Positions 26,201 to 36,003 of a stretch of DNA of 64,000 nt are shown here, one piece after another. The stretch's first letter is position 1. Every line of letters begins with the position of its first letter. The translations under genes were made by a program, and so were the position numbers. Source of the DNA: a virus; IMG/VR virus record IMGVR_UViG_3300023084_000003. One strand, 5' to 3'. The notes below the pieces were generated by a model. That model was not told the DNA's origin. It saw only the letters and a program-made list of their open reading frames with translations, and ran no database searches.

Positions 26201-29200
26201 TGTTCCAAGAAGAAACAACCACAGTACCTTTTACAAAGCCTGAATAGTTTACATCATCCTTTGCGTAATATTCAAGAATACCTTTCGCCCCGCCGGTGTT
26301 TGTACGGCCAACGCGGATCCAATAATAACGAGTTCCATTGGTTGAGTCATAAACATATGTACTTGTGTTATACCACCTACCGGTCCAAGGTTGGTTTTGC
26401 GAATAACCACCAACTGTTAAACCGTTAAGGTTAGATGTGCCTGCCGGATCAACATAATATGAGGTATTATCATTATCATACATGCTGTCAGCAAACAAGA
26501 TGTTCTCAACGCGTACGTTATCGTCGCCTTTACCTACTGAGAAGATCTCAGATCCACCGCCGGCGTCTCTTCTTGAGTCATTGTAGAATCGTGTACCACC
26601 GTATGATTTGTTAGCTCCGATTTGAATACCAGTATGCCAGTTCAAGCGAAGCTTAGAGTAATCACCACCGTAATTCTCCTTATCAACATAGATCATGTAG
26701 TAAGGTTGGCTATCGGATCTCTGACCCCATGAAATGCCTGTTACACCCCCGTCAGCTTGAGACGGATCTGATGTAGAATCCCAAAGATTGAGGTGACGAC
26801 CTGGACCAGTAGAGCTACCGTCTCTAAGTAGGAACCCACCGCCGAGCTCTTCGTATCTGTCAGAACGGAAAGCATCTGCCGCCTGGACTGTGTTTAGATT
26901 AGATGTACTTGCCGGATCAAGATAGTAATTTGTATCATTTGTGTCGTAGAATATTGGAGCTCTAACAGATGCGTTATGATAGAACTGAGCAGAATCCATC
27001 TCGCCCATAAGAGTTCTACCATAGTGCATAAATCTTAGTTTACCGCCACTTGCTCCTGATGTAGTTTTATTACCAGAAATACCGGCGTATTCACGGTATG
27101 TGCCACCATTATCTTTTAATCTAAAGTAAAAACCTGCACCAACAGAAGAACTACTATTATCATGGTTTGCACGAGCCAAACGAAGAACGCCATAATCTAC
27201 TGAGTTGCTATTTGTTCCAGTATCTTGAATCATATCAAATGTTACCGGCCCTCCAGTAGTTTGAGAGCGGAAATTGGCCGTACTGGTGCCGGTATTGAAA
27301 TACAAGGAGTTGCTGCTGTACAACCTAATGTTAGACATTCTCGATTCGCTAGCAAAGTTGCCATAATATGAAGTATTATTTGAATCGTAATAGATCGGAG
27401 ATCTCATATTGGATGATGCATAAGCCTCACCGCCAACATGGAAAGTATATGAGGGGCTTGTGGCATTAATACCAACTCTACCATTGTACATCCATGTCAT
27501 AAGCTCGGTGCCGCTAGAAGTAAAGTCAGCACCAAACAAACTGCCACTATTAAATCTCAGGAACATGTTACCAGTAAATTTGTCATCCATACCAAACATG
27601 AATGATGAGTCGCCAGTACTGCTTCCTCCAGTTAGATCGCTGAATTCAATGCCAACGTCACCGTTGTAATTCATAAATCTCATGCGGCCTTCGTTGTTGG
27701 CATCACCCAACATATCCATCCAAACTTCTGTGCCGTTGTTATCAAGCCTAACTCTACCAGCAAGGCGCATTGCCTCACCGGTGCTGTTTGGATTTATATA
27801 ATAAGATGTGTTATTAATATCATAGAAGATAGGAGCGCGCATATCGCCTCTGGCTTGCAGAGAACCACCATTTGTTGCTCTAAATTGATACTGCTGAGCT
27901 CCACCAGTAGTTGCAGTAAACTGTAGATTACCGCCTGAGTTTGTAGTTAGATCATCTGGCGATTCATAAATTCTCCAGTCAGTACCACCTTTCCAACGAA
28001 TACCTTCGTTAGGACCCGGATCATTAAACGCTATATCGTTCAGGTTATCAATGGTACCATTATTCCAGTTCCATGAACCTTCAACACTACCGCCAGTAGC
28101 TGGGTTCATGTATCTTGCAGTATTATCACGATCACGGAAGTTGCTTGCATCAACAGTATTCATCTTAGATGTTGAAGCAGGATTTACATAAAAGTTATTG
28201 TCATTGCTGTCATAGAAGATAGGCGCATAAAGGTTACCTGAGAATCTTGCTTCTTGGGCATCGATGTTTGAAAGATAGTTTGTACGTCTTACAATCGGAG
28301 GACCAAATTCGCGAACAGCACCAGAACCTGCATAGTTCATCAATACGATAACACGAATATATTTACATCCACCGCCGTCAGAACCGTTAAATGGTGAATG
28401 CGACGTTGGAATTGTATGATGGGCTTTATATGTAGTCCAACCCGTGCTTGTTACATTTGCAGCAGAAGCTACAAAATATGTGATACCATCGTTACCTGCA
28501 ATAGGGTTCTTATCTTTATCGTATCTACGTACACCCATATAAAGATAACGAGTACCACCAGAGTCAGAACCACTTACAAGTCTAGCCGAGATCTCACCGT
28601 AGATCTCCATGCCAGGCTCAACTGCGATATAGTCAGAGTCGAATGTTCTGTAACCACTTGTTCTTAGAGCATATGAAGCCTCAAAAGGACCGTCATTATT
28701 TTTGACGAAATCAGCAGTTGAAGTTGTAGCAGAGTCTTCTGCTCCTTGCATAACCTGAATAACACGTTTTTCCCAATATTCAGTACCGTCGAATATAACA
28801 GTATCGGCTTTACCGGAACCATATGCTTTAATAAGGCTAAGATCTTCATTACCGCCGTTAAGAGCAATGTTAGCAAAACGGCCAGTACCGTATGCTTGGA
28901 AATCACCATTTTCTTCAAACCAGAATCTATCACCGATAGAATTAAAGTGAACAATAAAGTTCGAACGATTGTTTCTGTCGTCATGGACCAACCAAGGATA
29001 GTTAGCATCAGCTGCACTATTTTTAAACGCAGCCAAATAACGGTTAGCGTGATGGATCTTAAATGGATACGTGCTGTCAGTAGAAATTCTAGCTTGGTCA
29101 CCAACCGAGATAGACTTCATTCTAGAGTCTGATGCAAAGTCTCCCCAGTATGCAGTGTCTGCGCTATCATAGTAGATAGGAGCACGCATTTGGTTATTAG

Positions 29201-32200
29201 CAAGTAGATAACCATTTCCGGTTTCAGCTTGCTTTGTACCGTTGTACATAATTTCTGTTTGAGCATTATCATACCAACGAGTCATCCACTCATTGCGAGT
29301 ATCGTTGTAGATACCAGCATTCACGTTTCCATCTGACATGAATACCCAATCATCTTGGATAGCATAACCTGCCCATCCACCTTTAGCGCCACCAACTCTA
29401 ATAGAGCCGTAGTCACCAGAAGGTGAATCTATAATGTATGTAGAGCCATCAATTTGATACTGATTAGCTCTTTGTACGTTGTGAAGAGATGTGCCGGCTT
29501 GATCAGTATAATATGCAGTATTGTTTCTATCGTAGTATCTTGTAGCATATGCTTCGTTTTGTACATATAATCTACCACGGTTATCAGTACCTCTGAGGTT
29601 ACCAACATACCAAGCACCCGTAGAACTAACACCACCATTATATTGAAGAGCTCCAGTAGAAGCAGTTGTATAGAAACCAATACCGGAATCTTCGTTTGTT
29701 TTACCAGTACCAGTACGGAAGTCTTCTGCTGTAATCATTGCTACAGTATCAGCATCTGTACCACTAATACCTGACGCACTTACCCCTGAAGCACCAGTTA
29801 CTTTAAACTGAAGTTGACCATACATGTCGCCCGGTGAAGTAGCGTTACTTGGAGCAGAATTAATTTCCAACTTAGTTGGAGTATTTGCGCCGGCAGCATT
29901 AGCTGTTCCGCCTGTAACTTGGAATGTTTGATGAGAGTATGTTCTACCTGAAGCAATTTGAATTCTGTTACCGGCGCTTCCAGCTCTACGAAGATTTAAG
30001 TCTTCATTATAACTATGAACTTCACCAGTGTCAACAGTAATTCCTTTATTAAAATAGAATTTATCACGGTCTGTTTGAATATGAGCCCACGACGTGTTCA
30101 TCGGACCGAAGTCAATGTAACCGGAAGGAGTACTCAGCCTCCAACCATTTGCTACACCCTGAGGTTCAAACGTGTAAGAAGTGTTTGCTCTGTCAACAAG
30201 CTTATGAGTACGAAGTTCATTGATAACATCAACATAAGTTGTATAGATGTTCATCTCTTCGTTGCCACCTGCAGAGAAACCAATTGTATCTGCTGCTTTG
30301 CGATACATACCTGTGTTTGTATCAGATACAAATGAGTATGTTGGTGAACCTAGTTGACCGTTTCCGCCAAGAACTTCACCTGCAATTTTAAGAGCAACAT
30401 CTGTATTAGCAGGATCTAGATAGTAAGTCGTGTCGTCCTTATCTACGAATCTTGTTGCTTCGATGTCATTATTAGCTTGGAACTTAACGCTGTTACTTAC
30501 TTTAAGGTAAGAAGCATTGTCCATATACAAACCGCTTCCAGAACCGAACGCAAGTTCATCTTGTGTCAATATAGTTGAATTAGAAGTTCCAACCACAAAG
30601 CCATCGGCCGCACCATTAACTATAACCGAGCCATCTACGTGTAATTTGTTACCATTGACTGCACCAGTTACGAGTGTAGCATTATCATGAGAAGCATTTG
30701 TAGCGCTATCGTTATTGACAATTACGTCACCGCTGTTTAGAATTGCAAACTTACCACTTGCTCCACTATCATAGAAATACCAATCTTTATCTTGATCACT
30801 GATAAAGTAAGCATGTTGTTGAGAACTACCACGAATACTGAAATCTACTTGTGCAGCTTCTCCAAAGTTAATTAATCTGTTAGCATCTGCAAATGGATTG
30901 CTACCCATTTGGCCTGTTGTTCTTACAGATAGTCTTGCTGCTGGAGCATTATCACCAATACCAACGTTACCTCTGGTTGCGCTAGCAAGAGATATATTTA
31001 AGTTGCTTGTTGCCTTCGTGGAAAGAGAACCTAAAGACAACATATCGTCGTCAGCTAACATGTAGCCAGTAGCGAACGATCCGCCTTGATCTAGAATAAT
31101 ACCAATGCGCTGATCGGTAGATGTAAGTCTAATATAATCACTAGTTCCGGTGTTTACTTCAAACTGATATATGTGAGAATTAGTGCCGATACCAACGTGA
31201 CCGTCATCGTTAATGTTAACAGCCTCAATGCCATTAGAGTAAATGCTGAAATTATCAGGTGCACTCCATCCCAAATAACTATTAGTATCTCCATTGTGGA
31301 AAAGATAATCATCTAATCCTAATGAATGAAATACTGAGTCGTCAGCAGGATTTGCATAATAAGTAGTGTTGTCTCTGTCATAGAAGTAAGATGCTCTAAT
31401 ACCACCGGATGGTGTAACATCTACATAAGTATTTCTTACATCTAATCTTAGTGCTCCGTTTGTTGAAATGCCAACTCTGTCTGCGCCTGGAGTGTACAAG
31501 CCGGTATTTGTATCAGATCCAAATGAATACGTTGGAAGAGCTGCAGTTCCGCTAGCACCTCTTGCTTGCCCAGCAAAAGATAATGAAACTCCAGTATCAC
31601 CGAAGTTTGCATAATAAGAATTATTATCAGAGTCATAATAAGCAGGAGCATAAACATTTTGAGTAAAGTCCGCAGAATCGCTATCAATATTTACTCGCTC
31701 GCCGCCACCTGTATAGATTTTAAATACGTTATCCGCTGAGAAACCAAAGTATGATGTTGTATTACCACGATGACGAATAAAATCATCTAAGTCGATACGT
31801 TGCATCTCAGATATACCGGCAGGATTTGTAAAGTATGCAGTATCATTTGCATCTACAAATCTTGGAGCAACTAGATCTGTGCCAACAGTAACTGCAGAAG
31901 CAGTCGTCGTGAATACAGTGTTACCACCTGCCGTTAGAGTAATTTGGTTATCGGTAAATTCTAGATAGGTGTCTGTATCACCATTGTGAAGCAATCTATC
32001 ATCGATGCCTACTCTGTTCATTACAGACGTTGCAGCGAAATCACCATAATAAGCTTGGTTGTCGTTATCGTAATATGTCGGTGAATACATCGCATTGACT
32101 GCTGTCACACCGTTATTGTTAACAACAAGTCTTTGGGAGTTACCAGTTCTAACTTCTAAAGAGTCAGCAGCATTAAAATTAATGAAGGTGTCTGCGTCGC

Positions 32201-33371
32201 CGTCTGCAATGATTTGACCGTACAACTCGATATCATTTATATGAGATGTGGCCGCGGGTTCTACGTAATAAGAAGCATTGTCTGCATCTACAAATTGCTC
32301 AGCGACAACATTTCTTCCTACAATCCAGTCATCATTAGTATCTGATCTTGCAGCATAGTTAAGTGAAGAGTTTAAGAAACCAATTTCACCAAGACTTGAA
32401 TACAGAGATCTGTTAACGTTTTGGCCGTCCATAATAAGCTGAGCGCCGGCCGCAGTATTATTACCAAGAGTTAGAGTTCCTTGGAAGATATAGTTGCCTG
32501 TTCCAGTATCATTTGCATCTGAACGCAAGAATTGAGCAGCTTCTAATCCGTCGACAGTGTCTGCATCAAAACCATTACCGGAGCCTTCATCAGCAGTTGT
32601 AATAATTCTACCAAGTGGGGTACCGTTTGTTTCAATCTGCCAATAATCAGATGTTTCATTCCACACAAGAGCTGGGTTTGTAAGAGTACCGCGTTCTACT
32701 TCAATACCAGCATTTTCTGTTGGAGTACTTCCTGTATAGTTTGCATTTAGAGTGATAATGTTATCAGAAAGTAGAATCTCTTCTGTATTGATATATGTAG
32801 TTACACCTTGTACTGTGAGGTTGCCCGTAATAGTAAGGCTACCGTCCATAGTATCATCTTCATCTGCACGAAGGAATTGTAGTGAATCAAGTCCATCGAG
32901 TAAGTCGGCGTCCAAACCAGAACCTGCGCCATCGTTACCAGCATTCCAGAATACGTTACCTAGATACTGCGGCTCGCGTTTAAAGTCAATACCAGTTGAG
33001 CTAAATTCAAGATCGGTTGCACCATTATAAACAATTTCAACACCGTCGGTATCGTCATAGAATCTAATACCATTGTTTTGACCTGAGTTAGTAAGCTCAT
33101 AATCACCTGAACCAAAATTTACAAGTTGAAGACTATCTGAATCACCTCTAAATTCTGCGATAATTGAATTTGCCGCATGACCTCCAGTATTGAAGATCTG
33201 CATTGTTGCTAAACTTGCATTTGATTGAGTAAACGATGCCGATCCAGTAAATAGTGAACTACCGGTTACTTGTAACTCGTCTGTGCTGTTAAATGAAGTT
33301 GAGCCTACTACAATCGCACCAGTTGGTGACAATAGGCCATTTTTGACTATAAACTTTTTATCGTTTGCCAT
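23271..33371 (-). CDS. Long tail fibre protein (~3366 aa) with C-terminal intramolecular chaperone (Peptidase G2-like)
   Basis: About 20 repeats like RAPIFYDxNxTxYYxxPxxTS; GSGLDADLLDG motifs; C-terminal TATSARWADLAERY...VGVIST.PG..MN...IALKGRIP. The ATG at 33371 fits the GGGGAG RBS better than the track's GTG at 33380. Confidence 0.85.
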   Translation of the reverse strand: MANDKKFIVKNGLLSPTGAIVVGSTSFNSTDELQVTGSSLFTGSASFTQSNASLATMQIFNTGGHAANSIIAEFRGDSDSLQLVNFGSGDYELTNSGQNNGIRFYDDTDGVEIVYNGATDLEFSSTGIDFKREPQYLGNVFWNAGNDGAGSGLDADLLDGLDSLQFLRADEDDTMDGSLTITGNLTVQGVTTYINTEEILLSDNIITLNANYTGSTPTENAGIEVERGTLTNPALVWNETSDYWQIETNGTPLGRIITTADEGSGNGFDADTVDGLEAAQFLRSDANDTGTGNYIFQGTLTLGNNTAAGAQLIMDGQNVNRSLYSSLGEIGFLNSSLNYAARSDTNDDWIVGRNVVAEQFVDADNASYYVEPAATSHINDIELYGQIIADGDADTFINFNAADSLEVRTGNSQRLVVNNNGVTAVNAMYSPTYYDNDNQAYYGDFAATSVMNRVGIDDRLLHNGDTDTYLEFTDNQITLTAGGNTVFTTTASAVTVGTDLVAPRFVDANDTAYFTNPAGISEMQRIDLDDFIRHRGNTTSYFGFSADNVFKIYTGGGERVNIDSDSADFTQNVYAPAYYDSDNNSYYANFGDTGVSLSFAGQARGASGTAALPTYSFGSDTNTGLYTPGADRVGISTNGALRLDVRNTYVDVTPSGGIRASYFYDRDNTTYYANPADDSVFHSLGLDDYLFHNGDTNSYLGWSAPDNFSIYSNGIEAVNINDDGHVGIGTNSHIYQFEVNTGTSDYIRLTSTDQRIGIILDQGGSFATGYMLADDDMLSLGSLSTKATSNLNISLASATRGNVGIGDNAPAARLSVRTTGQMGSNPFADANRLINFGEAAQVDFSIRGSSQQHAYFISDQDKDWYFYDSGASGKFAILNSGDVIVNNDSATNASHDNATLVTGAVNGNKLHVDGSVIVNGAADGFVVGTSNSTILTQDELAFGSGSGLYMDNASYLKVSNSVKFQANNDIEATRFVDKDDTTYYLDPANTDVALKIAGEVLGGNGQLGSPTYSFVSDTNTGMYRKAADTIGFSAGGNEEMNIYTTYVDVINELRTHKLVDRANTSYTFEPQGVANGWRLSTPSGYIDFGPMNTSWAHIQTDRDKFYFNKGITVDTGEVHSYNEDLNLRRAGSAGNRIQIASGRTYSHQTFQVTGGTANAAGANTPTKLEINSAPSNATSPGDMYGQLQFKVTGASGVSASGISGTDADTVAMITAEDFRTGTGKTNEDSGIGFYTTASTGALQYNGGVSSTGAWYVGNLRGTDNRGRLYVQNEAYATRYYDRNNTAYYTDQAGTSLHNVQRANQYQIDGSTYIIDSPSGDYGSIRVGGAKGGWAGYAIQDDWVFMSDGNVNAGIYNDTRNEWMTRWYDNAQTEIMYNGTKQAETGNGYLLANNQMRAPIYYDSADTAYWGDFASDSRMKSISVGDQARISTDSTYPFKIHHANRYLAAFKNSAADANYPWLVHDDRNNRSNFIVHFNSIGDRFWFEENGDFQAYGTGRFANIALNGGNEDLSLIKAYGSGKADTVIFDGTEYWEKRVIQVMQGAEDSATTSTADFVKNNDGPFEASYALRTSGYRTFDSDYIAVEPGMEIYGEISARLVSGSDSGGTRYLYMGVRRYDKDKNPIAGNDGITYFVASAANVTSTGWTTYKAHHTIPTSHSPFNGSDGGGCKYIRVIVLMNYAGSGAVREFGPPIVRRTNYLSNIDAQEARFSGNLYAPIFYDSNDNNFYVNPASTSKMNTVDASNFRDRDNTARYMNPATGGSVEGSWNWNNGTIDNLNDIAFNDPGPNEGIRWKGGTDWRIYESPDDLTTNSGGNLQFTATTGGAQQYQFRATNGGSLQARGDMRAPIFYDINNTSYYINPNSTGEAMRLAGRVRLDNNGTEVWMDMLGDANNEGRMRFMNYNGDVGIEFSDLTGGSSTGDSSFMFGMDDKFTGNMFLRFNSGSLFGADFTSSGTELMTWMYNGRVGINATSPSYTFHVGGEAYASSNMRSPIYYDSNNTSYYGNFASESRMSNIRLYSSNSLYFNTGTSTANFRSQTTGGPVTFDMIQDTGTNSNSVDYGVLRLARANHDNSSSSVGAGFYFRLKDNGGTYREYAGISGNKTTSGASGGKLRFMHYGRTLMGEMDSAQFYHNASVRAPIFYDTNDTNYYLDPASTSNLNTVQAADAFRSDRYEELGGGFLLRDGSSTGPGRHLNLWDSTSDPSQADGGVTGISWGQRSDSQPYYMIYVDKENYGGDYSKLRLNWHTGIQIGANKSYGGTRFYNDSRRDAGGGSEIFSVGKGDDNVRVENILFADSMYDNDNTSYYVDPAGTSNLNGLTVGGYSQNQPWTGRWYNTSTYVYDSTNGTRYYWIRVGRTNTGGAKGILEYYAKDDVNYSGFVKGTVVVSSWNNSTMSVGHQTNYPNDSITPEVRIDNNRYLWLRMNGCTWDSQLWWRWIRQDGITTNDGSTKVEPGSPADSTNTILSGQGFRGTLGSVAGGSPYNMRSYFGNITAQGDVRGTVFYDQSNTSYFFDGNSTSRMNGTNVDYRYRPGHSRGHLVGSYNNIGANSTKTNPIYTIGSNYNPTDGNLENMYGIGYSHPNANYDGINSVLGGWGLYVAADGDARVGLDGSNGRVYATGAAYIPIYYDKNDTNYYGDFAGTTRLNVLRFNSVTGSGGSATQGVSAVGQFGQWYNHNTYTDFNAAVNHWGWSYVQGNTNAPNTGSSQWYRVRTSLGQEYGLNYGSSDYWLEVAYPRSNYTGSVGSAWMRTCEAGSVNGWEQIGSYIRGTGQASSDYRAPIFYDSNDTNYYINPNGNSNISTMDFDRLVGPANSTRDKIRVYSSSSYAIGMQSDVTFGALNDWAMTFQFNDEDDRGFWWGDTGHTTAQGAMSLTTNGDLTVARRISSGFGGSTTSGPAYTLDINGTSYLRGSVYGDIYYDRNDSGYYADPASTTKLNELSLNGKISFVDTGGSYTYEGYIFYGDRTTRGTPNTNSTVYNYGLDGYGLILQTGYSSDVGFIKITDDGVMVGGAADENVFVVWDEDAQSTRFYVDNSGNSQSYTSMRAPIFYDRNNTFYYTNPAGTSRMNSLDIRGNIDNDGWYRNDSDGRGLRNDANGTDFYATNSQEWRMTGNNNDSAMNLRGLATFDGRSRFWIHGEGDSSSDSLWQGFLNSGGEWMFRMTHRDGYSPGMRFNEPDVQWTGDPGNDRGKIEYHSDRFYIVGGGNSNRICQFRRDGSDKAHVDNDGVYNGTATSARWADLAERYSADDIYEPGTLMGIDLDGDAEITVWREGLPMVGVISTEPGVRMNDMGIENDKSKKAKMNPFIALKGRIPAFVSGDVKKGMWLIPDPEAVGKCKGVPYGTPGINSHEIIGIALSNSENGIVEVKV
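23336..23343 (-). promoter_or_regulatory. Embedded late promoter TATAAATA upstream of the Cys/His-repeat gene
   Basis: Exact consensus within the last codons of the fibre gene, 65 nt upstream of the ATG at 23271. Confidence 0.5.
24190..32310 (-). repeat. Dispersed ~20-aa joint motif repeated about 20 times in the long fibre
   Basis: Manual count of [RY]APx[FY]YDx[ND][DN]TxYYx[DN][PF]xxxS variants in the translation. Confidence 0.85.
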
Positions 33372-33413
33372 TCGGTTCACTCTCCCCAGTTTGGCGTATA
33401 TTCTGCTTTGATA

Positions 33414-33421
33414 TATTTATA
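33414..33421 (-). promoter_or_regulatory. T4-type late promoter TATAAATA
   Basis: Exact consensus in the intergenic gap upstream of the long fibre gene. Confidence 0.8.
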
Positions 33422-33426
33422 AGATG

Positions 33427-35946
33427 TTACGTGATCGTAGTACCTACAACTTTAAATACTGTACTTGAGCTTGAAGCAGGTGTTGCTAATAGTTGTACAA
33501 AAGGCCCACTGATCGATACGTCAAAGGTTGCTAGAGAACTACCTGTATACACTGTACCATATTCTGTTGCAATTGCCGTAGATCCATCATGAGTAATTAA
33601 CAATTTAGAAATATGTCTAGCACTACCTTGAGTTGCAGTAATTGTTAACTCAGCTCCGCTATATGTTGTAGGGAATACTTGCACTGTTGTCTGTGCTGTA
33701 GATGTTGTTGTAGTACTTGATGAAACAAGAGTAGAGTGACTTAGATTTAAATTACCCTGTACAGTCAAATTGCCGGTCATTGTATCGCCGGTAACGTTTA
33801 CATATCTAGCATCGGCAGTTGCTTGATCTAAGTAAGTTCTTACACCTTTTGTTACAGAAATTACGTGACCGAAATCGTCAAAGTCTAAAGCTTCAACAAA
33901 TTCTTGAGATGCGCCTGTATTTGCAAAAGCAACATTAGCTTGTGAAGAAGTATCAGTATGACTTATTGTTACGTTAGCACTTAGTGCACCACCACCCGTT
34001 AAACCGGTACCAGCAAGAACATGCGTTGTTTGCGGTACGAAGTTTGAGTCAACTTCAGTTTCAGTATAGTAGCGGTTGTCAAGCTGACCTGCATCCAACT
34101 CAGTTTCTGTGTAGTAACGATCATCTAAATTCAGAGTACCAAGACTTGTTACATGACCAAAACCATCAACCCCAACGCTTTGTATTACACTACCTTGTAC
34201 GTTGGTCACAGATGCTTGAGTGCTCGTGTCTTCGTGCTGAATATGAATTGAAGCATTGTTAGCTTGGTTAAGAGTAAACGTTGTTGAAGCTGCTACCAAA
34301 CCATTGTTTGCAACAATATCAATCTGGCCGTCTCCAACCAGACTAGATGCGGTGTTTGCAGATTGATCAAAGATTTCTTGAGCAGAATATCCATCAAGAG
34401 TATCTGCGTCCAAACCAGAGCCGGTACCCATGAAACCTTCATGGAATATTTTCTTTTCAACGGTGCCAGTACCAGTGACATCATAACTATATCTTAAGCC
34501 ATCTCTTTGAGGATCTGTTGCCGCTTGAGTTGGTGTTGTAAATTCTAAGAAACTAGTTGTTGAATTGTCATAAACACGAACACCATTACCATTTATGAAA
34601 GATAGCGAGCCTTTTACTGTTCCACCTTGGCGAAGATATATCGTAGGACTTCCAGTTCCAGATGTAGTATTTACATTGAATTCACTTTCAAAAGTGTCCA
34701 TCAATGTTTGGTATGTTGTACCATCACCTGTTGCAATTGTCAAGGTGCTATTCGATGAATTCCAAACTACGTCATCTACACCTGCAACTGCAGTATTAGA
34801 CATTGCGGTAATACGTCCGTCAGCTGCTACAGTTACAACAGGAATTTGAGATGCGCTGCCATATGTTCCGGCAGTAACACCTGTATTCGCTATATCTGCC
34901 GTAATACTTAGATTACCATCTGTTGCAGTGGCTGTACCTGTTACATCTCCAGTTAGTGTAACTTCTGTTTCTGTAGAAACATGGAAAACTGATCCATCAC
35001 CAGTTTCTAAAGTTATTGTATTATTAGCAGCAGAATACGTAAAGTTATCCACACCAGCAACAGGAGTAGTATTTGCTGCAGTGATTCGACCTTCGCTATT
35101 AATTGTAAGAACTGGGATTGCAGTAGCAGATCCATAAGTGTTTGCTGTAACGCCAGTACTTGATAAAGTACCACTAATTACTCCACCTACAGTAAGATTA
35201 CCGGCAAAGATACCATTGTTAGCAGAAAGATCACCTGAACTAGTGTTATGGTCGCTCTCACCCAAAACCGACAAGTTACCGCGAACGACAACATTACTAT
35301 CGAAAGAAGCAGAGTTTGCTATAATTCTTTCTGCATTAACGTCACCAGCAAAGTGACCGTTATTTGCACTAACGTCACCTTCAACGTCAAGGGCATCAAA
35401 GCCAAGCGTTGAGATGTTAATTGAATTTGCAGTAAGATCTTCAACTGTTAGATCTTTAAATTCATTTAAGTAGATATTATATATTGTACCATCACCAGTT
35501 GTTAATGTCAACTGATTATTTGCAGAATCCCAAGTAAAATCATCAACACCTGCAACAGGAGTAGTATTAGCAGAAGTAATTCTACCATCAGCATCTACTG
35601 TAATAATTGGAATGGCTGTAGAAGATCCATAGGTGTTTGCTGTAACACCCGTGGCTGTATTAGTGAAGTTAGCCCAATCTAAGTAATATGATCCCTCTTG
35701 ACCATCTAGAAGATCTGCATCTAATCCTGAGTTAGCGCCATCAACTCCCGACAGAAGTGAGAGGATAGCGGCCGCATCAAGGTCTGCCGAAACATCTACA
35801 ATAGATTCGGTATTGGCAACTGGATCGAATTTCTTGAAGTAAAGTTTACCATCAGCTGTGTTAATTGCTACCTCACCCAGCTCCAACTGGGCAGTAGTAG
35901 GCACACGTCCAGCGACGGCACTACGCTTTAATTTAATTGTTGACAT
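33427..35946 (-). CDS. Tail fibre/appendage protein with Mtd_N/hyaluronidase-like N-terminal domain
   Basis: IKLKRSAVAGRVPTTAQLELGEVAINTADGKLYFK; three GVTANTYGS...IPVxTVxxDGRIT...VAGVD repeats; GLDADLLDG. Confidence 0.75.
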   Translation of the reverse strand: MSTIKLKRSAVAGRVPTTAQLELGEVAINTADGKLYFKKFDPVANTESIVDVSADLDAAAILSLLSGVDGANSGLDADLLDGQEGSYYLDWANFTNTATGVTANTYGSSTAIPIITVDADGRITSANTTPVAGVDDFTWDSANNQLTLTTGDGTIYNIYLNEFKDLTVEDLTANSINISTLGFDALDVEGDVSANNGHFAGDVNAERIIANSASFDSNVVVRGNLSVLGESDHNTSSGDLSANNGIFAGNLTVGGVISGTLSSTGVTANTYGSATAIPVLTINSEGRITAANTTPVAGVDNFTYSAANNTITLETGDGSVFHVSTETEVTLTGDVTGTATATDGNLSITADIANTGVTAGTYGSASQIPVVTVAADGRITAMSNTAVAGVDDVVWNSSNSTLTIATGDGTTYQTLMDTFESEFNVNTTSGTGSPTIYLRQGGTVKGSLSFINGNGVRVYDNSTTSFLEFTTPTQAATDPQRDGLRYSYDVTGTGTVEKKIFHEGFMGTGSGLDADTLDGYSAQEIFDQSANTASSLVGDGQIDIVANNGLVAASTTFTLNQANNASIHIQHEDTSTQASVTNVQGSVIQSVGVDGFGHVTSLGTLNLDDRYYTETELDAGQLDNRYYTETEVDSNFVPQTTHVLAGTGLTGGGALSANVTISHTDTSSQANVAFANTGASQEFVEALDFDDFGHVISVTKGVRTYLDQATADARYVNVTGDTMTGNLTVQGNLNLSHSTLVSSSTTTTSTAQTTVQVFPTTYSGAELTITATQGSARHISKLLITHDGSTAIATEYGTVYTGSSLATFDVSISGPFVQLLATPASSSSTVFKVVGTTIT

Positions 35947-36003
35947 ATGTATGTCCCTTTGTTATAATACCTATATAGGTTACAAAATAATAATAGTTGT
36001 TTC

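Noticed and set aside
35942-35980. Palindrome acctatataggt (35969-35980) and a small hairpin over the start codon
   Set aside because: AT-rich, no U-tract, single occurrence; no function can be supported.
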